Source of the DNA: Priapulus caudatus | Lineage: Eukaryota | Direction: 5' to 3' | Length of the DNA stretch: 64,000 nucleotides | Assembly (NCBI RefSeq): GCF_000485595.1 | Contig: NW_014577069.1 | Coordinates: 950,392 to 1,014,391 of the forward strand | Part shown: positions 38,721 to 54,195 of the stretch, piece by piece | Layout: every line of letters starts with the position of its first letter | Numbering within the stretch: position 1 is the first letter of the stretch | Position numbers and translations under genes: made by a program | Notes under the pieces: model-generated | What the model saw: only the letters and a program-made list of their open reading frames with translations | Databases searched by the model: none | Told to the model about the DNA's origin: nothing

Positions 38721-39786
38721 AATAACAAAGAACTTAATATTAATTTATTAGCGTACCGGTGTCAATTACATGTACGTTTATTAATTATGGCGCTTTTCGG
38801 TGTGAATAACCCGGTATATTTAATTATTCAGGGAGGGAATTTGGCACGTTGGCAAGTATAATGCGGTTATACAATCTAGCCCTACTATAATTAACGTGTC
38901 AGTGACCAACAACTACAGTACACCGGAAGGACAAACATGGCGTACGAATGACGCGTATTGTGAGTAGGCATTTTCCCCGACTTCAGTAAATCCGAAACGT
39001 GGGTCACCTTTGCGATATGACACCGGTTGAAGACGGTACATTGAGCTGTACAAGAACATAGTTTGCCGTATACAAACACCAGCTATGTTTACATTATCGA
39101 GAGTAAGGCGTAGAAACGTAAACTCGATAACTTCAACCTCCTCAAGTGATCGAAATACTGCGTGTTTTCGTGCAGTCACGTGTGTTTGTTGGGCGTTTTG
39201 AGGGTATCCCTGATTCTGTATGTACGTGTGTTGCTTCATATAGTATGAAAGAGGTAGTAAAAATTGTTGTACTTAGCATGTGTATAGCATTGACGGCTGA
39301 AAATCTCGAGTCGACACTATCCCCGTTTGTGCTATAATAAATGATATCGATATTTTATGTCTTCGGCAACCCTCTGCGGCCCTCGAAAGCTCTCCCTGTG
39401 ACACAACCACTTAACGACCGGCGTCTATGCAGCAGCTACTGCACTTTTAGCATCCGCCCTGTATGTAGTCCGCAACGTGCGACGCATGCAGCGTTTTCGC
39501 AGCGACACGGGTGAATTATAAACGCATTTACGTGGTCTAACACGACAAGGTTCGACAAGGTTCGCGGTAATGGCTTAGTCCACTTACCGCGCTACCCGGC
39601 TCGTGAAACTGCCCGAGCGTCAGCCCGACAGCTATTAAACTGACAGCAGTCAGTTGCCTCTGCATCATACTTAATTAGCAGTAGATCGGTATAAATTAGC
39701 GACCGATATATGAATTCGCGCCCAGACGCAATAAATTGCGGCACATCGGAAAGACAGAGAACATCGCGCGATGCTTCATTACCACC

Positions 39787-39817
<31 letters not shown>

Positions 39818-40459
39818 GATCAGGGGTAGCACTAATAGGGACTTCCCTATTGATCTACTCCTAATGATATATATGTATATATATATATTATATATATTTA
39901 TGCGTGCATCGCACTATTGGCAGATGCAAACTAGTCTTGATGCACGCTATTCACGCCTCCGTTGCATCTATCATGATCAGTGTCCATCCACGAGTAGCGG
40001 CTCGTATTCCACGCTTTTAATGGGCAAAGTCATGAGTCGTCGGTAGTCGCAGCGCACATCTTATACAGCAGCCGGTTAGCGCTCAAAGTATCTCTATATT
40101 GCAACTTATGTTGACATTAGTAGCCGATCGTTCTGTCAACAGACGGTGCCCGCTCATATAGCTGAGACGGACGGGGGACGTGTGTCGCCGTCGATACCGT
40201 CAGGCATTACCGAGAGCCCGTATATTGCTATAGCAGACGGCGGGAAATCTGGGGGCCGTGTTCGCGAACGCACATAGCGATGTCGCCGCGCGGGCGCTCT
40301 CGGTGCACGCATCCATTACAGACGCGCCGGAAAGTTGCCGATTCGTTTATCATTCGATCCGGACGTGCGCTACTTCTGTTGATGTTTTCATTTTCGTTAT
40401 GTTTTTTTCTCCCGTTACCAGTTGTAAAACGGCAGCGCAGCGCAAGAGAAAGAAAGAGT

Positions 40460-40633
40460 GAGGTGAGAGAGAGATGGATATAGAGAGAGAATAAATCGAG
40501 ATAAAGCGAGAAAAAGATAGATAGATAGATAGATTAGATAGATAGATAGATAGATAGAGATAGTTAGATAGATAAGAGATAGATAGATAGATATGATAGA
40601 TAGATAGATAGATAATGATAGATGATAGATAAC

Positions 40634-40712
<79 letters not shown>

Positions 40713-40840
40713 GGATAGAATGATAGATAGATAGAGAGATGGATAGATGGTAGAGAGAGATAAATCGAGATAAAGCGAGAAAAGAAGATAGATAGATAGT
40801 AGAAAAAAGATAGATAGATAAATAGATAGATAGATAGTAG

Positions 40841-40872
<32 letters not shown>

Positions 40873-40914
40873 TAGGTAGATAGATAGATGAGATAGATAG
40901 ATAAAGATAGATAA

Positions 40915-40950
<36 letters not shown>

Positions 40951-42543
40951 TAGTAGATAGATAGATAGATAGATAGCTGATAGATAGATAGATAGATGAA
41001 TAGATAGATAGATAGATAGAATAGATAGTATATGAGATAGAATAGATAGATGATAGATAGATAGACTAGATAGATAGGATAGATTAGATAGATAGATAGA
41101 TGGATGGATGGATGGACTGATGGATGGATGGATGGATGGATGTGCTGGGATGGATCCGGATGGATGGATGGATGGATGGAGATGGATGGATGGATGGATG
41201 CGATGGATGGATGGATGGATGGATGGATGATGGATGGCATGGATGGATGGATGGATGGATGTATGATGGGATGGATGGATGGATGGATGGATGGATGGAT
41301 GGATGGATGGATGGATGGATGATGGATGCGATGGATTGATCCTTCGCATCGTCTCCTCTCATCGGTCTATCTATGCTGATACTCTAGTGCTGCTGCTTCG
41401 ACTCGGTCTTCTATGCTCGTTTCGTACTGTCGCTCTGGTCTCTGCTCTCTCTTCTCGCTTTCCTATGAGTGCACCTCTGTATGGATGCGTGATACTGACC
41501 TGCTCATGGATGTGCTCGGACTGTCATGTGCCTGCGATCGCCATCGTTTGACTGTCTGGATGCTTGGATGCGTATGTCTCTCTATGGCTCATTGTCTCTC
41601 TTCTGGTATGCGATCGTGATGGCTGCGGATGTCTACTGGTCGTGCGGTACTGGCTCTGGTCTCCTATGGCTATGCGCCATTGATCGGCTATGTGTATGGA
41701 TGCGATGTGATGATTCATGATGAGGATTCGTGAATTGGTATGGGTACTGATGTCTATCTAATTGCTAATGTGATATGACGGCTGGCACGACGGATACGGC
41801 TATCGATGTGAGATCTGCTCATTGGATAAGCATCATTGCGTTAATTCGTGGTCTCTACTGCTCTCTCATCGCTCTCCGCTGCTATCTTTCCGCCATGGCT
41901 TGCTAGCGTCGATGCTGTTTCTGTCGCCATATAATATTGAGATGGCATTGCAATAGATAAGCTCTCATACGTATCGCGTAGCTATCCTACGATACGTCAT
42001 AGAGAGATTCAGATGACTACGTTACGTACTCTCTCTCCATAGATAGATCGATGATAGTATCGTACTAGATCCAGTCATCTCGAGTACGGCTCCTGCTGCG
42101 AGTCTCTCTTGTCCCTCGGCTGGCAATACTCAGATCTCATCTAATAGAAAGAGGAGATCTTCTATCTATCTATCTATCTATCTTATCTATCTATTCTATC
42201 TATCTATCAAGTCATCCTAGTACCTCATCTAGTATATACTGATATATACTATCTAGTTTCAGTCCAACATTGCCAGGACCATCGCGAGCCGACGATCACC
42301 ACTCCATCCATTCCATCCGATGGCCAAATCCAGTACCGCCCCGCGCCGAGGAGGGAGAGACGGGGAGAAAGAGGGAGGGAGAGAGAGAGACGAGGGAGGG
42401 GTGAGAGAGAGGTAGATCAGAGAATGACGTGAGTAAGCGGTAAAGCATTAGAGAGAGGAGAGAGAGGAGACCTGAGAGGAGAGAGAGAGGGAGAGGAGTA
42501 GGCGCAGAGAGATGTTAGAGAGAGACAGTAGATAGATAGATAG

Positions 42544-42576
<33 letters not shown>

Positions 42577-42800
42577 ATGAGGATAGGGAGAAAGAGAGAG
42601 AGAGACCAGAGAAGAAGACAAGACGAGCGAAGAGGAGAGAGAGACGGAGGGAGAGAGAGAGCAGACGAGAGGAGAGGGAGAGGAGACGTGAGAGAGAGGT
42701 AGACAGAGAATGAGTGAGAGCGGAAAGAGAGAGAAGAGAGAGAGAGAGAGTTAGAGAGATAGAGAGAGAGAGAGGGAGAGAAAGAGAGAGGGAGAGAGAG
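40460..42800. repeat. (GATA)n, (GGAT)n, (GA)n microsatellite block with a low-quality middle
   Basis: GATA ~40515-41100, GGAT ~41100-41335, GA/GATA ~42350-42800. Confidence 0.9.
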
Positions 42801-44622
42801 ACTGTATACACACAGCAAAATATTACTCGAGAGAATAAATCAACTTGAGTAATATAAGTTGAAAGGGAGATTCACGACCATTCGAATATTTTCACGTGAG
42901 CGAATGATTAAATGCGATCTTTATATAGTATTTTTACATTATTCCCATTCGTGGTGCTCTTTCCCCTATCTCTCTGACAACATCCCTCATGAATCTCACA
43001 GGATCCATTCAACAAACGACGGGTAACGTTCAGATTTCTTTGAAAACTGACTAAAGAGACTATATTGTATTCTCAGTGAATGTAGGAGCCATCATTCGCA
43101 GACAGCCAAATGCCCTTTGCTTGCCGACTAAATCGTTCACGCAATTTATCTCGAAAATTGTTTATATTCCGTGTATCGGATTGAAAGAGAATTTCCGATA
43201 TGCGGGACGGGTTCAATCATAGTTGTGATTTATTAAACATAAATCCTAGGGTGTTTGGCATGCGGAAATCTTTTGCAAGACGCGCACAGGTCGATGGAAC
43301 GTAGACTGGAATGTCAGTTCGAACTTTCTTCCAATTTTTCTGCCAGGTCACGAATAGGTCGTCTCTCAGTAGCATCGCATCTTCCATGCATTTTTTCACA
43401 CCCACGATGCTTTCAGCCATCCGGAATTGTTACCCCCCCACCCCCTCAATGCCGCAGCGAACTCTCCAGCCACTTCCACTTCAGTGGAAAAACCTATCTG
43501 CCTCACTATCCGAATCTGAGGTACCCCCACCGTAGCACCGCAAACATTAGATTGCTGTCCCACGATGATGGTCTCTCAATAGATGGCTGGATCTATGTGC
43601 GAAGGAGCATGACATTGAAGCGAGTCTTGTCCTGTCCTGGTCTGCCCTGCATGGATGCTCGTCAGTCACACATACCTCCTGCCAACCCCCTTACCCCTGC
43701 ATAGCTCACAAACGTGCACCGCATCCACGCCGCGCAGGGTATCGTGCATACTGCATCGCATGAAGTCTCGTGGCTCCTTGTGAAGTCGGGTACTCCTCCC
43801 AAACGAAGAAAAACATCTGTGGGCGGTCTCCAACATCGCGCTCACGTCTGGTCTATATCTCTACCGGGGGGTTTCCCTGACTCAATGCGCATCGTCCTGA
43901 TCACTCAATATATCACAACTATGAATTTCCCGGGGGATCGTCATTGTCGTTTTTCCTGAATTACACGGCTGAACGTTCCCTAATAAAATTGATTTTTCCA
44001 CCGTTTTCCTCAACCTGGCGCGGTTTTTCACGCCTCCTCCCCCTCACTCTGTCTCACGCGTCCACCAGTACGTACTCTTGTTCACCCCCATGTGCCCGTT
44101 AACAAATCCTTCGACAACCCGCTTTAAAATTGTATACGGTTGCTGTAACAATACGCAGCAAAGCTTTCAGAGCGGAGCATTAACAGGACTCTAAGAGGTT
44201 GTCGACTGCAAGCAAACGGCGCGGAGAACGCGATACCCGATTCGATTGTTAAACAGAGAGCTTAACTGCTGTTTATAGTGCACATGGTGCACTCCACACA
44301 CAAACCAAATTTCCCGACATATTATATACCGTAAGGTTACCGCAGCTCGAACGCAACGGGCAAACACCGACAGTACTTACGGAGTAACATAATTATAGTA
44401 ATAAATATCGCAATAATCGCTGTAATACTACTATGATGTGCATAATATATATATATATATATATATACCAGCGTTATCCCACGCAAGAAACTGCGGTACA
44501 TGTTCTGATACTATTTCCGACGTACATTCTGCAATTCATATACAGATCTGATCTCACGAGTTTTGGAATCCGGACCATATCGTGTCAAGAGCATACACCA
44601 TTCATATGCATAGAGGCCACAT

Positions 44623-44667
44623 CATGGGTGAATAATGACAAATGTCATTTGTCATTATTACCCTCTG
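44623..44667. mobile_element. 45-bp CA..TG palindromic mini-element
   Basis: Arms ..GGGTGAATAATGACAAAT / ATTTGTCATTATTACCC..; 7-bp flanks GCCACAT and GTCACAT. Confidence 0.65.
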
Positions 44668-44878
44668 GTCACATCAGGCACGCCGGCTAATATACGAGAG
44701 ATCGTAAACACATGTACGTATTGTTTGTAGTGTTGCCGCTCGCGCGCCACACAAATCTAGATGCCACATCGCACCAGCAGGGGTCGCTAAAGTAAGTCAT
44801 TGGTCCTTGGATCGTACAGCAGACACTGCGTAGTTCGGAGGTGCTGCATCTACGGCGAATAACCTCTACTACTAATAT

Positions 44879-44916
44879 CAGGAGTGTATAATATAATCTA
44901 CATTATGACACTCCTG
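44879..44916. mobile_element. 38-bp CA..TG palindromic mini-element
   Basis: CAGGAGTGT..ACACTCCTG with exact 7-bp TSD CTAATAT. Confidence 0.8.
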
Positions 44917-44990
44917 CTAATATAACATCTAGGTGGCGCCTTGACGCGGTTGGCGGGCGTGCGTACATCGATGACGTGAAGAGCTATAAC

Positions 44991-45037
44991 CATAGAAATA
45001 TATAGAGACACAGTCTAGTTAGTATATTATTTCTATG
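44991..45037. mobile_element. 47-bp CA..TG mini-element
   Basis: CATAGAAATA..TATTTCTATG with exact 8-bp TSD GCTATAAC. Confidence 0.8.
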
Positions 45038-46007
45038 GCTATAACACATGCACGAGGTGACATGGAGTGTGACGGCTTTCATCGAGGTATCAGACGAAAA
45101 TCACCCAAGGTATCCTGCGCTGTCAAGGAGGTTTGCGATGGGTCAACTACTCATTCAGTAAAAAAGTTACAGAAACTGCAATTGGCCTTTACATGTCAAC
45201 CCAAATTGGAAGTGGCAGTGGCATTTCTTTTGCAGCCTTATAGGCCACGGGCTTGAAGAGGACGGGTAGGTAGGTGAGCATCTACGGGAAGAGAAGAAAG
45301 GGTGTAGACCCGAATCAACTCTATCACTTCTTCTTGGCGTTTATCTACTAGAAGTATAACGATTCCTCGAGCTATTGATTAATCGCGATAGTGTTTGACT
45401 CGGTAGAAATAAACCGATGGCAAACTAAAAAAACATTACACAATGTCAATGATAAAAACAATATAATACACGTTTTCACAAAACATCAATAGTATCGCAC
45501 TGGTTTTTGAATTACTGCAATAGTATCGGCAAAAGTATTTTAATCATCGCGGCGCTATTGCAATAGTCCAATTCCATCCATGCAATAGTCACCACCATTA
45601 TCCAATGGATCCGCGACCGATAGTCGGTTGTCGCGAAAATAAAGGGCCGGGACAGCAAATTTAAGAAACGGACTCATAGAAAACGGTCAGCTCATTAGGA
45701 ACAAGATACATGTCCTGTTCTACAAAACTCTAGGCAAACATCTAGCAAACGCACGAACCATATATATACGCAGCACGCTATCGAGTAATGCAATTCCCAA
45801 TAACCAAATGAATCCTTGAAACTCGGATAGTTAAGCTGCTCATCGTTTCCGAGATGAAGGCTATCGGTATGTCTATACGATTTCGGGGACAAGACAGATG
45901 AGCATCGACAGTGCCAAGCCCGAGTCAGGGGACGTGCCAACAGACAGAGCGATGAGAAAGAATAAAGAAATCCTTCTATGTGCAAGAAATCACCCTAATA
46001 TAAAAAA

Positions 46008-47056
<1,049 letters not shown>

Positions 47057-48209
47057 TGGATTGCCAAAGGGGAGCCCCAATTTGTATTGCTTTTTTCTCG
47101 AAAGTGTCCAACGTATAAGCGTGGGATGAAGGTCGTGTCGTCACAATTCCGCCCTTTTTGTAATTCTCTTTAATGACTCAACTTTTACATGGAAGTTACA
47201 CATCTCCTTGAATATATTTCACGTGCAATCTCGCTGTGGCACGAAATATAGTGCAGTGTAGAAATCCGCTTTCCGTATGACACGTGGGAATCTTAATGAT
47301 ACATACTGATACAGTCTGTTCTCGTATTTCACCTGTGCTTCTACAGAATCATTGAAAGTACATGAATTTCACTATTTCAAATACACAGATAAAAAGATAA
47401 AGCAAGTTAATGTTCCGACACTGCATTAGTATAGATAGATGGGATGGCAAGTATCTACGATCTGTGCACAGCACTGGCACATGCATTTATTTAAGGCTAT
47501 ATAGGCGCATAACCGCTTCAATACATAATTTAACATTTAAAGTATATGATTCATGGCGAACTGTTTCTAAATAAAGGTACCAGGCGGCAAATGCTTTATT
47601 TTTAGAAAAAAACGACAATTGCGTAACGTTGTTTACCTACAATGCTAACGAACGCCGCCATGAGTTTAAAGAAAGTTTCAAACATGACATACCGAAAGCG
47701 TTTTTCATGAAACTACTTCTATTCGTACAGCCAACTATTTCTAAACAAATACTAAATACAAATGCTCAATTACAAGCCTGACGTAAGAACTAAAATCTAA
47801 ATCCGATCCGCACAAAATAGCTCTCGCGTTATTTCACCGACGTCAATGATGAGAATTCATCATCGAACAGTCAGAGAGGTCCATAGTGGCTTATCTAGCC
47901 GCCACTGTCGCACGCATTGTCTGGTTTCGTGTACCGAGTAGTAAAACCTATTAGATGATCAGTCGTGCATCGCACCGACATCTCCACGCACAAGCAACGA
48001 CCGCTCGAGAACAAAGAGTAAAATCGATTTCTATTGGACGACAGCATTCAGCGGGCGTTAATCGCAGCTTTAATGAAAAAGTTGCTTTATTGGTAATTTT
48101 TATGAAAAAAATTAAAATGCACCGGCGAAACGGCTTAGAGGAGATCAACTAGCAGAGAAGGAAACGAAGCAGTAATGCACACACGGCTCACTCACTCATC
48201 TGTGGACTG

Positions 48210-48529
48210 CGGTGTCGCGCGAAATTTCTGACCTGTGAAATAAATGATATAGGATGCGTATGCGCATGCGTACGCGTATGCGCATGCGCACTTCGCATAT
48301 ATGCTCAAAAGCATATATCAACTACAATCTCTACCTATCAACTCTAAACTCCAACTAATATAAACATTACAAATTCTATACAAACCTTCAATTGACACTT
48401 TGTGTTCGTCCAAGTGTACACAACCTAGCGTAACACAAAGACGAGCTGTGATTGGTCGGGTCGGCACGTATGCGCATACGCATTCTATATCATGTATTTC
48501 GCACACGTCAGGAATTTCGCGCGACACCG
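48210..48529. mobile_element. ~320-bp MITE with ~60-bp imperfect TIRs
   Basis: CGGTGTCGCGCGAAATT..GATATAGGATGCGTATGCGCAT versus ATGCGCATACGCATTCTATATC..AATTTCGCGCGACACCG; TSD not resolved. Confidence 0.75.
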
Positions 48530-48532
48530 GTA

Positions 48533-49130
48533 GCCACTGTAAAGTCACTAACCGTGTTATTAACATGGTCACTGTAAAGTCACTATCAGTGTTATTTACA
48601 TGGCCACTGTAAAGTCACTACCCATATTATCAGGAGTTAATAAAGACAAATGTCTTTATTAACTCCTGGTATTATTAACATGCATGGCCACTGTAAAGTC
48701 ACTACCCGTGTTATTAACATTGTCACTGTAAAGTCACTACCCGTATTATTAACATGGTCACTGTAAAGTCACTACCCGTATTATTAACATGGTCACTGTA
48801 AAGTCACTACCCGTGTTATTAACATGGTCACTGTATAGTCACTATCCGTGTTATTAACATGGTCACTGTATAGTCACTATCCGTGTTATTAATATGCCAC
48901 TGTAAAGTCACTATCCGTATTACTAACATGGTCACTGTAAATTAAGTCACTATCCGTGTTATTAACACGGTCACTGTAAAGTCACTATCCGTGTTATTAA
49001 CATGGCCACTGTAAATTGTCACTATCCGTATTATTAACATGGCCCCTGTAAAGTCCCTACCCGTATTATTAACATGGCCACTGTAAAGTCACTATCCACT
49101 GTAAAGTCACTATCCGTATTATTAACATGG
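48533..49130. repeat. 35-bp minisatellite (GGTCACTGTAAAGTCACTACCCGTGTTATTAACAT)n, ~16 units
   Basis: Direct reading; head-to-tail units without unique spacers. Confidence 0.95.
48631..48668. mobile_element. 38-bp CA..TG palindromic mini-element inside one minisatellite unit
   Basis: CAGGAGTTAATAAAGACA-AA-TGTCTTTATTAACTCCTG; flanks ATATTAT/GTATTAT; sister units show the empty site. Confidence 0.88.
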
Positions 49131-50576
49131 CGTTAATTTTGTTGGCCTTTTGTTGGCATGTGTTGGTCTCATTACCGATGTCTGCGCCACGGCTGCCTTT
49201 ATGTGATGCATCCGTTAAGGTGCCTGATCCTCTTTTATATTAACACTATATAATAGATATCGTCTATTTTATATGCTCCTAATCTTATTGTGTATGCCGA
49301 ATCCTAATATCACAAACCAATTAACCAATTATTGAATTAGCCAGTAAAACTATGGGGGATTATCTTGCGTTTCTATTCCGAGTGGAGTACACATTTGCAG
49401 AATAAACGCCCGCTGTAAATTTTATGTCTTTATAATGTTTCTTTCCTAGAAGGAGTGGGAGGTTTTAATATAGGCTTTAACAGACCCTGTTCTATTTAAC
49501 AGACCCTGTTTAAACATTGATAAATTTTCATGCTGAAGAAATCAGTAGCCTGATAATTACGCTGACATGTGAGTCTAAATTCTCATTAAAATTTATTTTT
49601 CGGTTTATTTGATAAACAATCGTTTTGAAACAGTGAATATAGTGAAATTACGTAACAATACGGGCCGTGTGCGAGTTCATGTCATGTAACTAGGGTACAT
49701 GTACAACTAGGGTACAGTCCGGTAACCAGGGTTTTGTCATGATTAACCCCTGATGTAACGTGGACGGTTTTATTCGTATAGATGTCTACGTTATATCGTG
49801 TAATGGTCGCACGTATTGATACCCGACGTCACCCATCCCTCATTCATCTAATAAGATTTTCGCTGACATGGTTTGCGTAATGGTACATCGTGTAATCTGG
49901 CCGTTTTGGGGGCGGTGGAACGACATGTAGTAGTATCGCTATCGCAACCACAATTCATCGTCAGTTCAGCACGGATGCCAGTTTCTTTCTCGTCGAAGCT
50001 AGTAATCCGTTTCTTAGTGCGTCGAGGTCGCTCTCTCGCTGTGAGTATTTGCACCGCGCTTCGCGAGGGCTCGGTCTAAGCGCCATTCGGCCGCTCTCTA
50101 CCAACAAATACTTCGCACTCCGGGCAAGAACTTTCGGCTTGGGCAGCAATCCGTTCCTCTCTCCATGTCAGCTTCATTATGTTAAACTCTCCGCCCACAA
50201 TTACGATCGATTTCCGCTCGCGATATACTGCCTCATATTGAACGATTTCTAACTTTAGATTATAACACAAAACGGCATCACACACATGACTACCCGTGTT
50301 AAAAGGGCGGGGACGTTTCTCTATTCACATTTATGTAAACCGCATATTAGCTATACGCGCAAATTTACATTTAAATACGGGTTTAGTAAAAACTCGGTGA
50401 CGAAATCGATTTAAAAAGATGTGGCTTGCCGTATATGCGCCCGATGTCGGATCATGCTGTGTGTGTGTACATCCGTCTGTTGATGTTCCCACGAATCGAG
50501 GCATGCACGTGCAACTCATAAAATATTAATATTCCTTCTTGCGCACGTCTCTCTCTCTGTGTGTGTGCGTGCGTGC

Positions 50577-50617
<41 letters not shown>

Positions 50618-51486
50618 GTGTGTGGCGTGCGTGCGTTCGTGCGTCGTGCGTGCATGCGTTCGTGCGTGCGTGCGTAACGCGTGTAATTTCACAGCGTGAT
50701 TGCGAAAAAAAGAGTTTCGCTGTATGGTTTAACAAGGTTAGAATGCCTCATTTAAATGGTCACGTTAGATGGCCATGCTGCGATGTTACACGCCGTTATA
50801 GTAGTAACACTATAAAGATATATATATACTATAATAATATATAGTATAAATAAACAATAAACTCTATTCATCGCCAATATCAAATCCTTTCTATTGAAAA
50901 CACTCTAAATTTTATCAGGGACATCTTATCAATCTATCCTAGATTTTTTAATTGGTTGAAATCCTACTTTCAGAAATCCCGTATAAACAATTGCGTACAC
51001 AATATATCGAAAAATCAACACAAACTGCAAAATAATCTGCATTCTTCCAGCAATCCTAAATACAAAGGCAACCGCGGCGGCAAGCAACAGTGCTGTAAAC
51101 ATTGTTACCTCCGCGCAACGGAAGTTGCAGGAGTAATTGTGATCCTCCGTGTGTTGTTCCGAGTTGGTTCCGTGTTGTGTCGTGTGTGTGTTGTCTATAG
51201 TTGTGTTCGTTGTGTGTGTATCCCACAGCGAGCCCGCCGTTTATACACTGTATCATTTACACACCGTTGTGCCGCGATCGATTCAGCACCAGCCCGCCTA
51301 AGGCGTCCAGTTCAGCAGCAACTCGCCTTAGGCGTCCCAAGTCCAGCAGGCAGCCAGCCAGCGAGCCAGCTGTTATTACACATGTATACATGTACACGCT
51401 CGCGAGGTATTGCACTCTCTTTGAGTGCCCCTTCAGTTAGTATTCAAACAGAAGATTACATCTTTCAATGGCCACTGTATACTAAA

Positions 51487-52433
51487 CCAACCAGGGCAAA
51501 GGGAACCGAAAAAATTGGTTGGCCAAAAACGCGTGACAAAAGGGCGAGAGCAAATTGAAATGTTTGCTCTAACCTTTGGCTTAGGACAAGAAACAACAGG
51601 CGGGTAAAACAAAGTGTTAATTAAAAAACGACTTATTGAATATATACAAATTAATAAAATTTATAAATATTTCATTTTGCCCCAGACTCCCGGGCAAAAG
51701 TGAAAACGCTTATCGGGACAAGGGAAATGTCATGTTTACTGCATGTATATTGGTCAAGAAATGTTGCGTCCCTTCTTCAGGTCTAATCTGAACATCAATC
51801 ATTAGTTGCGTACCATTTGCCGTAAAATATGAAAGAAAAATGCCACATAGGACGCTTATACAAAAAGGGTCTATGAAGACACAGTATATGCCAATGCTAC
51901 TCGATTAGGTTAAAATGTATGCAAAAAACAGACATAGGCCTACCTGCTATTGAGAGTACTAATTCAGATCATAATAAATAATCTGATAATAATGATATAC
52001 ATTTAGGCCTATCAAATATGGCCGGGGCAAAGTGGAACCCTGTTCCACTTTGCCCCATCCACTTTGCCCCGAACACATGATAGTTTCTAGACATGGGGCG
52101 TTACGCTGTGCAGACAACTACGCAAAGAATGTCATCATGCATATGGCACACATAGGCCTTAGATTCAACAAAAGAGCCTACATAAGAATTCCACAAGATC
52201 ACAGTGATTTAGCAGATGATTCATTTTTAAGAAATATCCGTTTAAACACATAAAAAACAGACTTTCGTCCAAAAAAATGTACATAGCTGATTCATGCAAA
52301 TGGCATCCATCAAAAACAATGCATCATCAACTGAGCTTCTAATGAAAACAGTCACAGATAGATGGGGGCATCAACATAGATCTGCTGGGACAATTCCACT
52401 TTGCCCCGTGTTCCGCTTTGCCCCGGGTTCCCC
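51487..52433 (-). mobile_element. Second, inverted copy of the 1813-2828 MITE
   Basis: Ends CCGCTTTGCCCCGGGTTCCCC-TA; interior colinear in reverse complement; left TIR degraded. Confidence 0.85.
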
Positions 52434-53707
52434 TACATAACGAAAGATAGGTCATTCTATCTCTGACCTTTTGGATGGGTAAGCTTCGACGTTTCTATGG
52501 GTGTTATAAGTAGTTGCCATTCCTCGGCTATGAGGAAACACGTGCGCGTGAAGCAGCGAAACTAAACTTGTGTCATGTGTACTAGCCTCTAAGCTATATA
52601 CGCATGCACGCAGTGATCTTTTTTGGATATAATCTGCACAAAAATAAACTAACCGCCAAAATCCCGGGCATAGGCTGCTGGTCTATGCACACAGCTGTTT
52701 CACTAAACGTCTACAGCTTCAAACGATACAGACATTCCGCACGGTATACTGATTTTCGGTGTTTGCATCGTGTTGTATCGGCAATTCAATTACATTAAAT
52801 GCGTTGCAACTGGCTTAAGTGGCTAGCGTTAAGTCTTGCTGGTATGCGTAGATGGATTGATTTAGTTTATCGCGACAGACCGACTGACTCCGTATATGCT
52901 GATATAAATCGACGATGGGTTTAGCCATGCGGCTTATGGGCTAAGTCACCTGGGCTCATGGAATCAGTCTAGCTCAACGCTGCGAACCTCGATCGTCCTC
53001 CCCATGCACCACCATTTAGTAAGGTCCACGTTGAATTCTCACGATTATAATATCAAATTATTTACCACACTCGGCCGCCTTTCAGGGCTCTTCAAAATAC
53101 ATTTGTCGTAGCAGATTCCATCTGCATGCACTCTAGCGATGGTCGATACAAGCGCACACACGATTGATTGTGAGTAACGTGACTAACGATATTGGTAGAG
53201 ATCCAGTGGAGGAAGTAAAACATTATCTGACCGACCAAATCAATCGAAATGCGAGGCAGACGTGTGAAAGCACAGATGCGCCTAAGCTAGTAGTATAGCC
53301 GCTGCAAAACGAGTCGGTGCATTTGTGGGCTAGCTAACCAACCCCTCAGCGCCATTACCGATAGCGGTCGACATTTTCAAACTGATTTCATAGTAACAGC
53401 AATCTGCAGTCATATCCATTATGTCAACGCTCGATATCATATATTTTCTCCTCCGTGGCGCACGTCGCTGCGACTAAAACCAAACGCTGATTATTAAAAT
53501 TGTATAGAGGTATTGATAGAGCGCTTGAGTGCATGCGGGACGATGTATCCAACGCACCGTGGGCATGCCGTATACGCACTGTATCAACGCATATCACGCA
53601 TGCAACGGTGTTAGTTAGTCGTTTGAACTTGTCTTCATACCAACATGATCACTATATCCCCAATACAAATATTCTTTTGTTCAATTATCCAATGCCTCTC
53701 CCCTCCG

Positions 53708-53882
53708 CACTCACTCACTCACTCACTCACACACTCACTCACTCACTCACCCACTCACTCACTCACTCACTCACCCACTCACTCACTCACTCACTCACTC
53801 ACTCACTCACTCACTCACTCACACGCGCTTACTCACTCACACACTCACTCATTCACGCATTCACTCTCTCACTTACTCACTC
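53708..53882. repeat. (CACT)n microsatellite
   Basis: Direct reading. Confidence 0.95.
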
Positions 53883-54084
53883 CCGTTGAGATTTCTCTAA
53901 TTTGAGATTATTTACCCCCTAAAGTATACTTCCTAAATATTATATCAAGTATTTAGAAGTATGGCCTTAGACTGAACTCTCACTATTTTTTCAATCTACG
54001 CATCTCTAACAGCATTTCTCTTCTCGGACAATTCCGGCAACATTTTGTAACTCGTAGACATGCACAGGCGCATTCACATTATAT

Positions 54085-54195
54085 CAAGAGCTAATAAATA
54101 TTTATTAGCTCTTGATTATATCAGGAGTCTATCAATATTCAAGTCTAATAATAATTCAAGTCAATATTATATCAAAGTCTATTGATAGACTCCTG
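54085..54195. mobile_element. Two adjacent CA..TG mini-elements (54085-54114, 54122-54195) sharing a triplicated 7-bp TSD
   Basis: ATTATAT at 54078-84, 54115-21 and 54196-202. Confidence 0.88.

Noticed and set aside
41340..42340. Apparently unique sequence between microsatellites
   Set aside because: Composition suggests a noisy read-through of GATA/GGAT/CT repeats
43217..43960. GC-richer segment with short ORFs, possible exon or decayed TE
   Set aside because: No motif I can recognise and stops in the frames I translated; needs BLASTX
48533..49130. 35-bp repeat array resembling a CRISPR array
   Set aside because: Units are contiguous with no unique spacers, there are no cas genes, and the context is eukaryotic
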